Counted from the stretch's first letter, positions 1 to 15,318 are shown. The stretch: DNA of 64,000 nt from Eledone cirrhosa (GCA_964016885.1 OZ024754.1:27094001-27158000), one strand, 5' to 3'. The notes: generated by a model not told the origin, from the sequence alone. Made by a program: numbers and translations.

Positions 1-365
1 TAGATAAATTTCTTTATTAGCCACAAGGGCACAAAAGAAGGGGACAAATACAAATGGAGAGTTTACATACGGGTATATGAAAATAAAACTATTAATACAA
101 TAACAAATAACAATTGAAATCCCCACTAGGGAGGGGGGGGGGTGTTACACAGGGGTTGTACACACCCCGAAAAAATGTACCACCCTTATCTCCAGGAGCA
201 CCAAGAGTGAGTACTCCCTTCCTCTCTTCCTCTTTTTCCTCAACCTACAGGCTTATATAGAGAGAAGGCCCAACCACTCGGGTCATCTTTTCCATATTCA
301 CCCACCTTTTATAAAATTTGCTGGGGTACAGCAGCTCTCTCTCCATCCTGATTCTTCTTCCAAAA
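1..365 (-). mobile_element. 3' end fragment of a non-LTR retrotransposon (possibly L1/Tx1-like); related to 14405-14710
   Basis: Reverse complement matches 14405-14710, which ends in AATAAA followed by a (CTAT)n tail. Clade assignment is weak. Confidence 0.5.
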
Positions 366-403
366 TGATATTTGAAAAAACGAATAGATACATAGCTATG
401 TAC

Positions 404-543
<140 letters not shown>

Positions 544-659
544 GGCCATGTCCGATATGTAGAAAAGGAGTTGGCATGAATTCTATAGAAAATACACAAT
601 GCAGATGTTGGGTACACAAGATTAGTGGGATCGCAGCTAAAGTAACAGGTAGGGAAAAC

Positions 660-1049
660 TACATATGCAGTAGATGTTCAGGGAAAGTTGAGAGTACTTA
701 GGTGATCACATTAGCAACGGAGCAGGGTGCTCCGAGGCAGGGTGCTCCGAGAGTAACTGTGTATAAGAGGGATAAACTGTAGTGTGCGAGAGAAAAGTGT
801 GCGTAGGTATGGACATGTGATGCACATGGAGAATGACCGGTGGGTAAGGTATTGCCAAGAAATCCTATTGGAAGGAATACGCAGTAGAGGAAGACGACGA
901 AAATCATGGGAGAAGATGGTGAGAACAGACCTCAGATCGCTGAAGCTCACGGAGGAAATGACGAAGGACCGTGACAAGTTGAGAGATGCTGTGCTGAATA
1001 GGACCCGTCCCACCCTAGCAAGTAGGTGAAGCGGACATAAATGATGATG

Positions 1050-1051
<2 letters not shown>
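660..1051 (+). mobile_element. Degenerate RTE-clade LINE 3' fragment
   Basis: Translation R-YGHVMHM...GIRSRGRRRKSW...DL matches the RTE C-terminal WYGHV / RGRP-K-W signature; ends in (GAT)n. Confidence 0.75.
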
Positions 1052-1107
<56 letters not shown>

Positions 1108-1198
1108 GTAATTCCGTCGGAAAAGTCCAGGAAAAAAGAGTGCTCTATGTAGGTAACAGAGCTTAATAGTTATGTAATAAACAACATAAGGCAATTAT

Positions 1199-1256
1199 TC
1201 CATTTACCAGTGGTTTCTTAAAAGCAAAACATTTTGCTATCAATCATCAGAATGAA
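1199..1256 (-). ncRNA. Type I hammerhead ribozyme motif (left arm)
   Basis: Reverse complement: ttcatt-CTGATGA-ttgatagc...gcttttaa-GAAAC-cactg-GTA-aatgga; stems I, II and III can pair. Confidence 0.75.
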
Positions 1257-2019
1257 AAAATCCTGGTGTATTTATTGATATTGGATTCTAAAAACAAAAA
1301 TGCAATCTATATGAAAGTGAGGCTGGAGAAGGAAGAAGGAAAGGAAACATAAAATAAAAACACACATGCAAACACACACACACACACAATTATATACATA
1401 CACACACATATATATATATATACATACACACATACATACACACACACATATACACATATATATGTGTATATATATACATACACATACATATACACATACA
1501 TACATACACACATAAATATCAACATATCCATACATACACATACATATATACAACCACACACACATATATACATATATATATATAGAAATAGAAATATATA
1601 TATATATGCATACACATACACATACATAGCCATACACACATACATATACATACATACATACATACACACAATCATACGTATATACACACGTACATACATA
1701 CACATACATACACACATATATACATGCATACATATGCATGCACAAAAATAGAAAAATATACACACACCTCTCTACATATTCACACACGCAAATAAATATA
1801 AGAAAAAATATATATAATAATAAAAGACATAAAAAGAAAATAAAGCCTATTATAAAGTTGACAGCGATACAGGCAACAAATAAATGAACCAACAGACGTG
1901 GTAAGCAATACACACAAATGCACGTACACATACATACGTAAAAATAAATACATACACACACTCTCACACATAAATATAGATATAAAAATACATAAACACA
2001 TACATACGCATACACAAAT

Positions 2020-2074
<55 letters not shown>

Positions 2075-2091
2075 TATATACACACACATAT

Positions 2092-2150
<59 letters not shown>

Positions 2151-2408
2151 TACATACATACATAGCCATACAATTATACACATGCATATACATACATATC
2201 ACAAACACACACATATATATATATTTGTGTAAAACTCATTCTTAGATAATTCATATGAACCTTTTTTAACTCTAATATATATATATATATATACACAAAC
2301 ACATACATACACATACATACATACTAACATACACATATATACCTACACACACATATATAGATACACATACGTATGCATACGTACACACACACATATACAT
2401 ATATAACT

Positions 2409-2466
<58 letters not shown>

Positions 2467-2949
2467 AAGAACATAAATATTGTAAAATAAATATTTTATA
2501 TATAAAAAAAATTGGGAATACGACAAATAATAAATAAAAAAATATATATTTAGAAAAGGGTATAAATGCCCATACCAGACCTAGAGTACTCAACAAGTTC
2601 CTGGAGCAAAAGATCAATGAAAATAATCATCAAATCACTATATGTAATGATGCACATACATACACCCTTATACATATATACATATACACACACACACACA
2701 CATATATAAATATATATACATACACACACACAAAAAAAACCCAACCACAGAAATACAAACACACATACAATTACGTATATATACATATATATATATACAC
2801 ACACACATAGGAAAAAGTCTGACCCTATGGCAGAGCTCAAGCCTTTTCTGAGGCTATTATAGAAAAACACACAAAACCATTATATAAAAAATTAATATTT
2901 AAACACCCCCCTAATATCTAAACACCCCCCCTTAATATCTAACACCCCC

Positions 2950-3603
2950 TTCTCTCTAACTGTCAAAACTAATGTAGGAAGGAAATTCCTTGAACTCTTA
3001 GATAAACATTTTCCTCCTAATCATAGATATTATAAGATATTTAATAGGAATGTAGTTAAGATCAGTTACTCTTGTTGCCCATCTATGAAGTCCAAGATCA
3101 CTAATTCAAATCATACGAGAACAAATCCAGGATGCAGTTGCAGGAAGCCGGATGAATGCCCATTGCAGGGCAAATGTAACACCAAATCTGTTGTTTACGA
3201 GGCTAAAGTAACACCTTTAATCAACAACCAGCCAGCCAGGAGTGAGCGATATGTCGGCATGACCCAGGACAGGTTTAAAACCAGGTTTTATGCACATGTC
3301 GCTTCTTTTAAGCACTCCGAGAAACGAACAACAACGGCCCTCGCAAGTAAGGTGTGGGAATTCAAGGATAAAAACATCCCGTACTCTATCGATTGGTCTA
3401 TTTTAGACCATTCGAGGGAGTACCAAATGGACACAAAGAATTGTTCTTTGTGTACCACAGAAAAATACAGGATTTTGCTAAACTTGAAAGCCACTTCTGC
3501 TTGCCTGAACTCAAAGACCGAGATCTTCAGATGTTGTCCTCATCTGAAATCACATCTGATCTGTAACTGGATTGACATTCCTATGATAACTCAACCACCT
3601 TGA
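2950..3603 (+). pseudogene. PLE C-terminal fragment: linker, CxC motif and GIY-YIG endonuclease
   Basis: KTNVG-KFL-LIDKHFP...IFNRN..KISYSC precedes ORF 3085-3603, which contains CSC-x5-CPL, VVYEA...YVGMT, RF..H..SF, T-LA..VW, CSLC..EK and CCPH; homologous to the C-terminus of 4732-6606. Confidence 0.85.
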
Positions 3604-3892
3604 ACTCCTTTCCTGCTCTTTACTTCCACTACGGTTTTTTTACCTGCTGAATCAACGTTCTGTATTCTTGTATTCTCTTTCTCCCTTATCTACCCTTATA
3701 TTTAAACCTTTTCCTGTCACCCCCCCCCCCCCCTTTTCCCCCCTATTTTTTTGCCTTACCCTTCACATATCAAACATTTTAAAAACTTTTTTTAGATATT
3801 AATTTTTTATATAATGGTTTTGTGTGTTTTTCTATAATAGCCTCAGAAAAGGCTTGAGCTCTACCGTAGGGTCAGACTTTTTCCTATGTGTG

Positions 3893-3923
<31 letters not shown>

Positions 3924-4231
3924 ACGTAATTGTATGTGTGTTTGTATTTCTGTGGTTGGGTTTTTTTTTTGTGTGTGTGTATGTATATATATTTATGTGT
4001 GTGTGTGTGTGTATATGTATATATGTATAAGGGTGTATGTATGTGCATCATTACATATAGTGATTTGATGATTATTTTCATTGATCTTTTGCTCCAGGAA
4101 CTTGTTGAGTGCTCTAGGTCTGCAATGGGCATTTATACCCTTTTCTAAATATATATTTTTTTATTTATTATTTGTCGTATTCCAAATTTTTTTTATATAT
4201 ACAATATTTATTTTATAATATTTATGTTCTT

Positions 4232-4297
<66 letters not shown>

Positions 4298-4306
4298 AGT
4301 TATATA

Positions 4307-4339
<33 letters not shown>

Positions 4340-4423
4340 ACGTATGCATACGTATGCGTATGTATATATGTGTGTGTAGGTATATATGTGTATGTTAGTA
4401 TGTATGTATGTGTATGTATGTGT

Positions 4424-4462
<39 letters not shown>

Positions 4463-4510
4463 TCGGACTTAAACATATATATATATATATATATATATAT
4501 GTCGGACTTA

Positions 4511-4545
<35 letters not shown>

Positions 4546-4548
<3 letters not shown>

Positions 4549-6606
4549 TCGGACTTAAACAAAGTTTTCAAATCTAAAAGAAATCCACCCCCTAACAAAC
4601 TTTTATCTGACTTTGAAAACGATATAATTTCTATCATACAAGGGGTCAAATTCAAGAGAAACTTCAAAGGCCAGGAATATCTGAAACGCATTAAGGACAG
4701 CATTGAGAGCTTAGAGAAAACTGAGAAGATCTTGGTGAAATCTGACAAGACCAACAACCTCTATGGAGTGCAGAAAGACATGTATAATGGCCTCATACTG
4801 AAAGAGCTGAGGAAAAAGTACAAGGTAGCAGATAAGGCCGAGCTTGAGAAAATGAATGTCGAAGCATCTTGTATAATGCACGAGTTGGAAATTGAGAACA
4901 GAACACAATCTTTCGTGCCCAGGAAACCGAAGATCAATATGAAAGATCACAAGAGGAATTTTGAAAATGACCTGCCAGTTAGATTGATCGCACCATCAAA
5001 ATCGGACCTGGGCAAATTAAGCAAAAACATTCTTGACAGGGTGATACAGCAAATTAAGAACTTGGATTGTTTATCTAACCTGAGCTTGTGGAAGGGAACT
5101 GGAGAGGTTGTTGAGTGGTTTAAGCAAATTAAATATAACAATAATAATAAGTTTATTCAACTTGATATAGCTAACTATTATTCTTCTATTACCCCTAATC
5201 TACTAAATAAGGCACTAAATTACGCATTCAAACATACTGACCTAACTAGCAATGAAATGCATATTATATTATCGGCTAGGAAAACTTTGATAGAATTTAA
5301 TGACCAACTATGGACCAGAGCAGATAGAGATAGCAATTTTGACATTACTATGGGATCATCCGACTCAGCTCAGGTAACTGACCTTGTGGGCTTATTTTTA
5401 ATCAATTCGCTACATAGGAAAATACCTAGTACTACCGGAGGTTTATATAGAGATGACATGCTTTTACTTATTGATAATAATAAATCTGAACTAAATAGAA
5501 AATGTAAACAAATTACACAATTTTTTAATTACTTTAATCTTAAAATAGAAATTGAGAACAACCATAGAATAGTCAATTTCCTAGATATAACATTAAATCT
5601 CAACACATGTCTTCACTATCCTTTTCACAAGTTGAATGAAAACTTAAACTATGTCAACTTTAACTCTAACCACCCCAGATCTGTCAAAAACACTATAGTA
5701 AACTCTGTTCAAAAACGTATCTCTAGGATCTCGTCGAATAGAATGATTTTCGACGAAAAAGCCCAATACTACAATGAAGCATTAGCTAGAGCAGGATATG
5801 CTGATAAGATTGTGTACATAGATAATTATAGACAAACTAAACAAAGTAACAACTTTTTTAATTACGGCAACAACCTTAACAACTATAATAGAAAGCATTA
5901 CAATAATTCCAAAGGCCAAAAAAGAAATAGAACTAGGAACATAATTTGGTTTGCCCCCCCTTTCTCACTAAACATTAAAACCCACATCGCTAAACTATTT
6001 TTTAAAGCTCTTGATAATCGCTTCCCTAGAACACATAGGTATCACTCAATTTTCAATAGACATACAATAAAATTAACCTACTCATCCACCAAAAATTTAG
6101 CACAAAATATTAATAGAATAAATAATAGGAACTTAAAACCTAGTGATAATAGCATAAATAATATACAAGTTAACAAATGTAACTGTAGAGATAGATCTAA
6201 ATGTCCGTTAAATAACAACTGCTTAGTTAAAAATATAGTATACAATTGTAATGTTAATACTGATTCTAATTCTTTTAACTACGTCGGTTCCACATCGACG
6301 GAATTTAAACTTCGCTATAATAACCACAAGAATTCTTTCACAGATCCAAGCAAAAAATCTTCAACGGCACTATCGGGCGTACTCTGGCAACTTAAGCTAG
6401 ATAACGTTAGATATTCGACGGCTTGGAATATAGTCTCAAGAGGGATTCCTTTTAATTCATCCTCTGAGACATGTGACCTCTGCGCAGAGGAGATATTCTT
6501 TATACTAAAATCTAAAAATTCCCTTAATCTACGGACAAATTTATTCAGTTGTTGCAAACATAGATTAAACTCAACGTTTAAATATAAATTTAAATTTAAA
6601 ATGTAG
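4546..6606 (+). CDS. Penelope-like reverse transcriptase-GIY-YIG endonuclease polyprotein (N-terminally truncated, no internal stops)
   Basis: Frame is open from about 4546 ([16 protein letters not shown]...). Motifs: [48 protein letters not shown]-x5-CPL, IVY...YVGST, CDLC, CCKH. Confidence 0.92.
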
Positions 6607-8040
6607 TATATTTAGTTTGATTTATAATTATATGGGAAACTAGCCGATAAATCTTTGATTCCTTCTTTTTATTCTTTTTATTTTTATTTTATTTTTATTT
6701 AAACATTCTTCATGAAAAATTAAGCTACCCTAAAAGTTGATGCTCCAAATATTTCGAATAAAACGTTACACTAGATAAACTTCTATATTAAATATAAGAA
6801 CACATGTAGACCAAATTGGGCATCCTAAACTTTTTGAAATGATCTTTGCTAGATGCGATTTGATAGATAATTTTTGGCTTTATCTGTTTTTCGACTCTGA
6901 TGCTTATAATGAACTTGGCAATATATTGTCAATTAATTTTGAAGGGTTGATCTTTGTGGTTTATTTTTATTTTTTATTTTTTATTTTTATTATTGTAGTA
7001 TTTTCTAATATTTTTATTTTTAATATTTTTAATATGTAAATTTTTTAATATGTAATATTTTTAATATGTAATATTCTTTCGTAATATTTTTTAGTTTTCT
7101 ATTTTATTACTTATTATTATTGTTATTTTTTAGTTTTGTTTCTGATATATATTTTTATTAGTATATTGAAATCTGCTCTCTATTTCTGCTTGATAGATAA
7201 TCTTGTAGAGTAAAGACAGGAATAATATTGACTCTATATATATTTGTGTGTATATATATACACATATATGTATACTTAAATTTTTATACCACATTGAGAA
7301 TGTTTTCCGTGAACTTAGGGTTTGCAGAGTTGATCATGTAGATTCACATAGATGTTTGTAGTTATCACATAAACATATGAATTTTTTTTTTTTTTTTTTT
7401 AAAACTAAACATAAGATCATTAATTTTCACACATTATGGATGCATGTCTCATTCAGGAATACTGATATTTACAATATAGTGGCTGGTTTTATAAATACTA
7501 ATACCTCTACATTAAAACATAGGGTTTTTTACGACTCGCCTATGTCTGGTTATTTTTTTAATTTTTTCTCTCTCTATATTTTTTCTCTCTCTATATTTTT
7601 TTTCTCTCTCTATATAACAGCTGGTTTCTCTCCATATATCTCCCTTACATTAATACTAGAGCTAAATAAATAAATAAATAAATAAATGTATCATTGATAC
7701 GTTTACTCAACAGATGTCCCACTACCTAGTTTTCTATATATATGTATCTATCTCTATTTCCTCTCTCTCTCTCTATATATATATATCTTTCTGTTTCTTT
7801 ACATGAAGTTCTTCTCTTTATCTATCTTTCCATCTCTCTATTTTGTTCCATGCATTTCTTCTTTTTCTTCTTTTTCTTCGTTTTCTGTCTTTCTTTCCTT
7901 TTTTTCTCTCTTTCTTTCTCTCTGTGTACAATTTTTTCACTGCCAAATCAATTTTTTCACTGCCAAATCAACCTTTTCAAATACAAGTCGATGTTGTTAC
8001 GGTATGTCGAATCTATTTATCTATAAAACTGTTTATATTG

Positions 8041-8106
8041 TATTTTGTCTGAGGAAGGCATAGCATATTGTTAATATGATATCCCTGAAATATATATAAT
8101 GAAATA
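8041..8106 (+). ncRNA. Type I hammerhead ribozyme in the PLE 3' UTR
   Basis: tattttgt-CTGAGGA(8049)-stem II-GAAA(8087)-tatata-TA/atgaaata; 8-bp stem I, palindromic AT stem III, AUA site. Confidence 0.8.
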
Positions 8107-8233
8107 AATATGGTTTTATAAATATAGTTTCCATTTATTTAATACTGTAAATATACTCCAAATATTTGTCGAGTGCTTTTATATCAGTTATAAATATTTA
8201 CTAGTTGTAACCCAACAATTTAAATATAACTTT

Positions 8234-8308
<75 letters not shown>

Positions 8309-8445
8309 AGAGTTAAATAAGATTCATATGAATTATCTAAGAATGAGTTTTACACATATATATATATGTGTGTGTTTGTATTTGGTTGTGCGTGTTTGTG
8401 ATATGTATGTATATGCATGTGAATAATTGTATGGCTATGTATGTA

Positions 8446-8504
<59 letters not shown>

Positions 8505-9320
8505 ATATGTGTGTGTATATATGTATATGTGTGTGTGTGTATGTGTGTGTGTGTGTGTATGTATTTGTGTATGCGTATGTATGTGTTTATGTATTTTTAT
8601 ATCTATATTTATGTGTGAGAGTGTGTGTATGTATTTATTTTTACGTATGTATGTGTACGTGCATTTGTGTGTATTGCTTACCACGTGTGTTGGTTCATTT
8701 ATTTGTTGCCTGTATCGCTGTCAACTTTATAATAGTCTTTATTTTATTTTTTATGTCTTTTATTATTATATATATTTTTTCTTATATTTATTTGCGTGTG
8801 TGAATATGTAGAGAGGTGTGTATATATTTTTCTATTTTTGTGCATGCATATGTATGCATGTATATATGTGTGTATGTATGTGTATGTATGTACGTGTGTA
8901 TATACGTATGATTGTGTGTATGTATGTATGTATGTATATGTATGTGTGTATGGCTATGTATGTGTATGTGTATGCATATATATATATATTTCTATTTCTA
9001 TATATATATGTATATATGTGTGTGTTGTTGTATATATGTATGTGTATGGATGGATATGTTGATATTTATGTGTGTATGTATGTATGTGTATATGTATGTG
9101 TATGTATATATACACACATATATATGTGTATATGTGTGTGTGTATGTATGTGTGTATGTATATATATATATATGTGTGTATGTATATAATTGTGTGTGTG
9201 TGTGTTTGCATGTGTGTTTTTATTTTATTTTTCCTTTCCTTCTTCCTTCTCCAGCCTCACTTTCATATAGATTGCATTTTTGTTTTTAGAATCCAATATC
9301 AATAAATACACCAGGATTTT

Positions 9321-9377
9321 TTCATTCTGATGATTGAAAGCAACATTTTTGCTTTTAAGAAACCACTGGTAAATGGA
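9321..9377 (+). ncRNA. Type I hammerhead ribozyme motif (right arm)
   Basis: ttcatt-CTGATGA(9327)-ttgaaagc/gcttttaa-GAAAC(9359)-cactg-GTA-aatgga. Confidence 0.8.
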
Positions 9378-9403
9378 ATAATTGTCTTATGTTGTTTATT
9401 ACA

Positions 9404-9451
<48 letters not shown>

Positions 9452-9458
<7 letters not shown>

Positions 9459-9885
9459 ACTAGAAATTGATTAACATAAATAAACATTAATAATCACAGG
9501 AGATAATTTTTACAAGTGTGTAACCACACATAGCTAGGTAGGTAACTAAATAAAGTTAACCAGAACTTCAAAAATAGATACCTTATAATATGATTAATCT
9601 TCCCTGGGAAGATTAATCATATCATAAGGTATCTATTTTTGAAGTTCTGGTTAACTTTATTTAGTTACCTACCTAGCTATGTGTGGTTACACACTTGTAA
9701 AAATTATCTCCTGTGATTATTAATGTTTATTTATGTTAATCAATTTCTAGTTATTATAAAATGCTCGGACCTATTCATTAGAATCTTGGAGCTTATTTTG
9801 CGGGTGATATGGCGCATGTCTTTCTGGCATGACACCCAGAATTTTGATTTAGATTAAATTCATTTTGATTTATCTTAATTTTGGA
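9452..9885 (+). mobile_element. Fold-back element: about 153-bp arms (9452-9758, centre 9605) plus tail
   Basis: Near-perfect palindrome with a 1-nt spacer, flanked by (TA)n; no hammerhead core seen. Confidence 0.7.
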
Positions 9886-10183
9886 TATATATATATATAA
9901 TAATTATTTATAATTAACTCCAAATTATTTTGTTGAGCAAAAATTTGCCAAAACTGCTACTATAGTTCATAGTAATAGTTCGGCTACTGTCTTCTTACAC
10001 CCCACTCCTCACTGATTAACCTCGATGTCACGTGATTGATTCTTTTGAATTTGCCACCGACCAAGTAGGCAGTGATTTTTTCAATGTCTTGGAGTTTAGT
10101 CCTCGCTTGCTTTTTTCCTTCCACTGAATTATTTTTATATAAGTTCCCCGTGTCCACGCATCGCCTAGGAACTGAGCTGAGAA

Positions 10184-10270
10184 TTGACTTCCTGATGAAA
10201 GGTATTCTCCATGTTGTTCCATTCGGAAACCATGTTTATTCCCTTTCAGAAACTAATTAGTTGGAGTGAA
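10184..10270 (+). ncRNA. Hammerhead ribozyme motif in a solitary PLE-like 3' end (about 9900-10320)
   Basis: acttc-CTGATGA(10192)-aagg...cctt-GAAAC(10249)-taatta-GTT-ggagt; palindromic stem III ACTAATTAGT. Confidence 0.65.
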
Positions 10271-10315
10271 ATTTTAGTAAGTAAGTTAATTTTTATAATT
10301 TTCTTATTTTACGTC

Positions 10316-13099
<2,784 letters not shown>

Positions 13100-13171
13100 G
13101 TATATATATGTATATATATATATATATATAGTTTTGCGAGGTTTTTGATATGAAATCATGTGTCGAAACAA

Positions 13172-13327
13172 ATATTGTTATACTTGGGGAGGGTCCCAAC
13201 ATTGAGGACCGAATAAATTAAATTAACCGATATAAACGACACAGAAGCGAAAACCAACCAAGCAGTGAGTGTGTTCTGTTATTAATTCTGGCAATATTAT
13301 TACACAAATATGACCCTCCCCAAGTAT

Positions 13328-13335
<8 letters not shown>
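13172..13335. repeat. Short element bounded by 24-bp inverted repeats
   Basis: atattgttatacttggggagggtc ... gaccctccccaagtataacaatat, between (TA)n tracts. Confidence 0.6.
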
Positions 13336-13380
<45 letters not shown>

Positions 13381-13384
<4 letters not shown>

Positions 13385-13575
13385 AAAAGGTATGACCCCG
13401 ACGCCAGAGCTCAAGCCGTTTCGACGGCTATTTCTGGACTGAAATAGCCGTCGAAACGGCTTGAGCTGTGCCGTCGGGGTCATACTTTTTCCTATTTCCC
13501 ACTCTACTACCATAAGTATTGAGTACTCTGGTGCGTTATGGTCCATCTGGTTCCTTACCACAATTCATTTGTTAT
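13381..13575 (+). mobile_element. Fold-back element with half-hammerhead (family shared with 60967-61170, 47970-48062 and 3830-3890)
   Basis: 54-bp inverted arms plus tail; GAAAC-ggc...gcc-GTC present; flanked by (TA)n. Confidence 0.75.
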
Positions 13576-13768
13576 ATATATATATATGGTTGAAAATGAA
13601 GGAACACAGGAGGCAATTGTACACAGTAATATTAGGTACACGTTTGGTATATATATATATATGTATATATGAGTGTGTGTGTGTATGTGTATATATGTAT
13701 ATATATGTATATATATGTGTGCACCAAAACATGTATATATATATTTATGTATACACACACACACACAC

Positions 13769-13799
<31 letters not shown>

Positions 13800-14404
13800 T
13801 ATATTGTTTCTTTTCATATATATGATAATGGTGGAACCTGTATATGTGCACGCCATTACCTGCAGCAATTCATACATCTGATTATATTCCTGCTGTGTTG
13901 AGTGATAATTTTCAGCAGTATTTATTCCAGATTGTAACAATCTGAGGGTTAGTAGTCGAATAGAAACTGGCTATTATGAATGATGGCATATTAGCATATG
14001 CCAACATTTTTTCATCATACGCGATGTGGTGATTGATCAGACTAAGGTGTTAGGAAATGCCTATATATATTAAATCAACATACCTCCAAAGTTATTTAAT
14101 GAATATATAATACAATTTTACTAATATCAAAAACTGAACAATTCAATATGAAACAGGTAAATGTGGGAATAGAGATGAGGAAACAAGTAAAACCACATAT
14201 ACCTGTTTATTTGTAACGATATCATTAATTCCAAATACGAAATCTGAATATATAATATAACGGATATGCAAATCTCAATATATACATATATACATATACA
14301 TACATACAAATATATATATATGTGTATGTATGTGTGTGTGTGTATGTATATATATATGTATATGTATATACATATATCTATCTTTTTATCTATCTATCTA
14401 TCTA

Positions 14405-14689
14405 TTTTTATAACAGGTGGGTGAATGTGGCAAAGATGGCCCGAGTGGTTGGGCCTTCTCTCTATATAAGCCTGTAGGTTGAGGAAAAAGAAGAAGAGAG
14501 GAAGGGAGTACTTACTCTTGGTGCTCCTGGAGATGAGGGTTGTACATTTTTTCGGGGTGTATACAACCCCTGTTGGGGATTTCAATTATTATTTGTTATT
14601 TTATTAATAGTTTTATTTTCATATACCTGTATGTAAACTCCCCATTTGTATTTGTCCCCTTCTTTTGTGCCCTTGTGGCTAATAAAGAA

Positions 14690-14710
<21 letters not shown>
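14405..14710 (+). mobile_element. LINE 3' end with (CTAT)n tail; related to 1-365
   Basis: Dispersed repeat match, AATAAA and simple-repeat tail. Confidence 0.55.
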
Positions 14711-14722
<12 letters not shown>

Positions 14723-14750
14723 TATTATATATAGATGTATCTATCTATTT

Positions 14751-14857
<107 letters not shown>

Positions 14858-15246
14858 AGTAGAAGGGGTATTTAATTTGTTGGAATTCCGACATATATAA
14901 ATTTTTATAACTGATTTAGAGCACTCAACTGGTTACTGGAGTAAATATTCAATGATATTAAATAAATGTAAACTATATTTATAAAACCATATTTATTTTA
15001 TTATATATATTACAAGGGTTTCAAGACACATTGGTACGCTTTTATCAGATAAAATAAAAGTTTGTTTTATCAATAGAGACATACCCATGATAATCGGTTG
15101 GATTGATTTTCATGGGTATGTTTCTATTTATAAAACAAACTTTGTATTTTATCTGATGAAAGCGTACCAATGTGTCTTGGTACCTTTGTAATATATATAA
15201 TAAAATAAATATGGTTTTATAAATATAGTTTCCATTTATTTAATAT

Positions 15247-15251
<5 letters not shown>
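14858..15251 (-). mobile_element. Fold-back element with two decayed hammerheads; related to the 3' end of the inner PLE
   Basis: Arms 14950-15251 centred near 15100; CTGATGA at 15153 with GAAA changed to GTAA; sequence after the core matches 8091-8230. Confidence 0.8.

Positions 15252-15318
<67 letters not shown>

Larger units (their letters stand above)
4459..8236 (+). mobile_element. Inner Penelope-like retroelement, 5'-truncated, with long AT-rich 3' UTR, inserted in (TA)n
   Basis: RT-GIY-YIG ORF, 3' hammerhead at 8041-8106 and (TA)n on both sides; interrupts the right arm of the outer element. Confidence 0.9.
1104..9410. mobile_element. Outer Penelope-like element: 5'-truncated GIY-YIG fragment plus long 3' region (+), with a head-to-head inverted copy of the 3' region (1104-2900, -)
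   Basis: 1166-2275 is the reverse complement of about 8305-9410, and about 2276-2900 is the reverse complement of about 3795-4440. A GIY-YIG ORF fragment lies between the arms and a hammerhead lies near the end of each arm. Confidence 0.8.
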
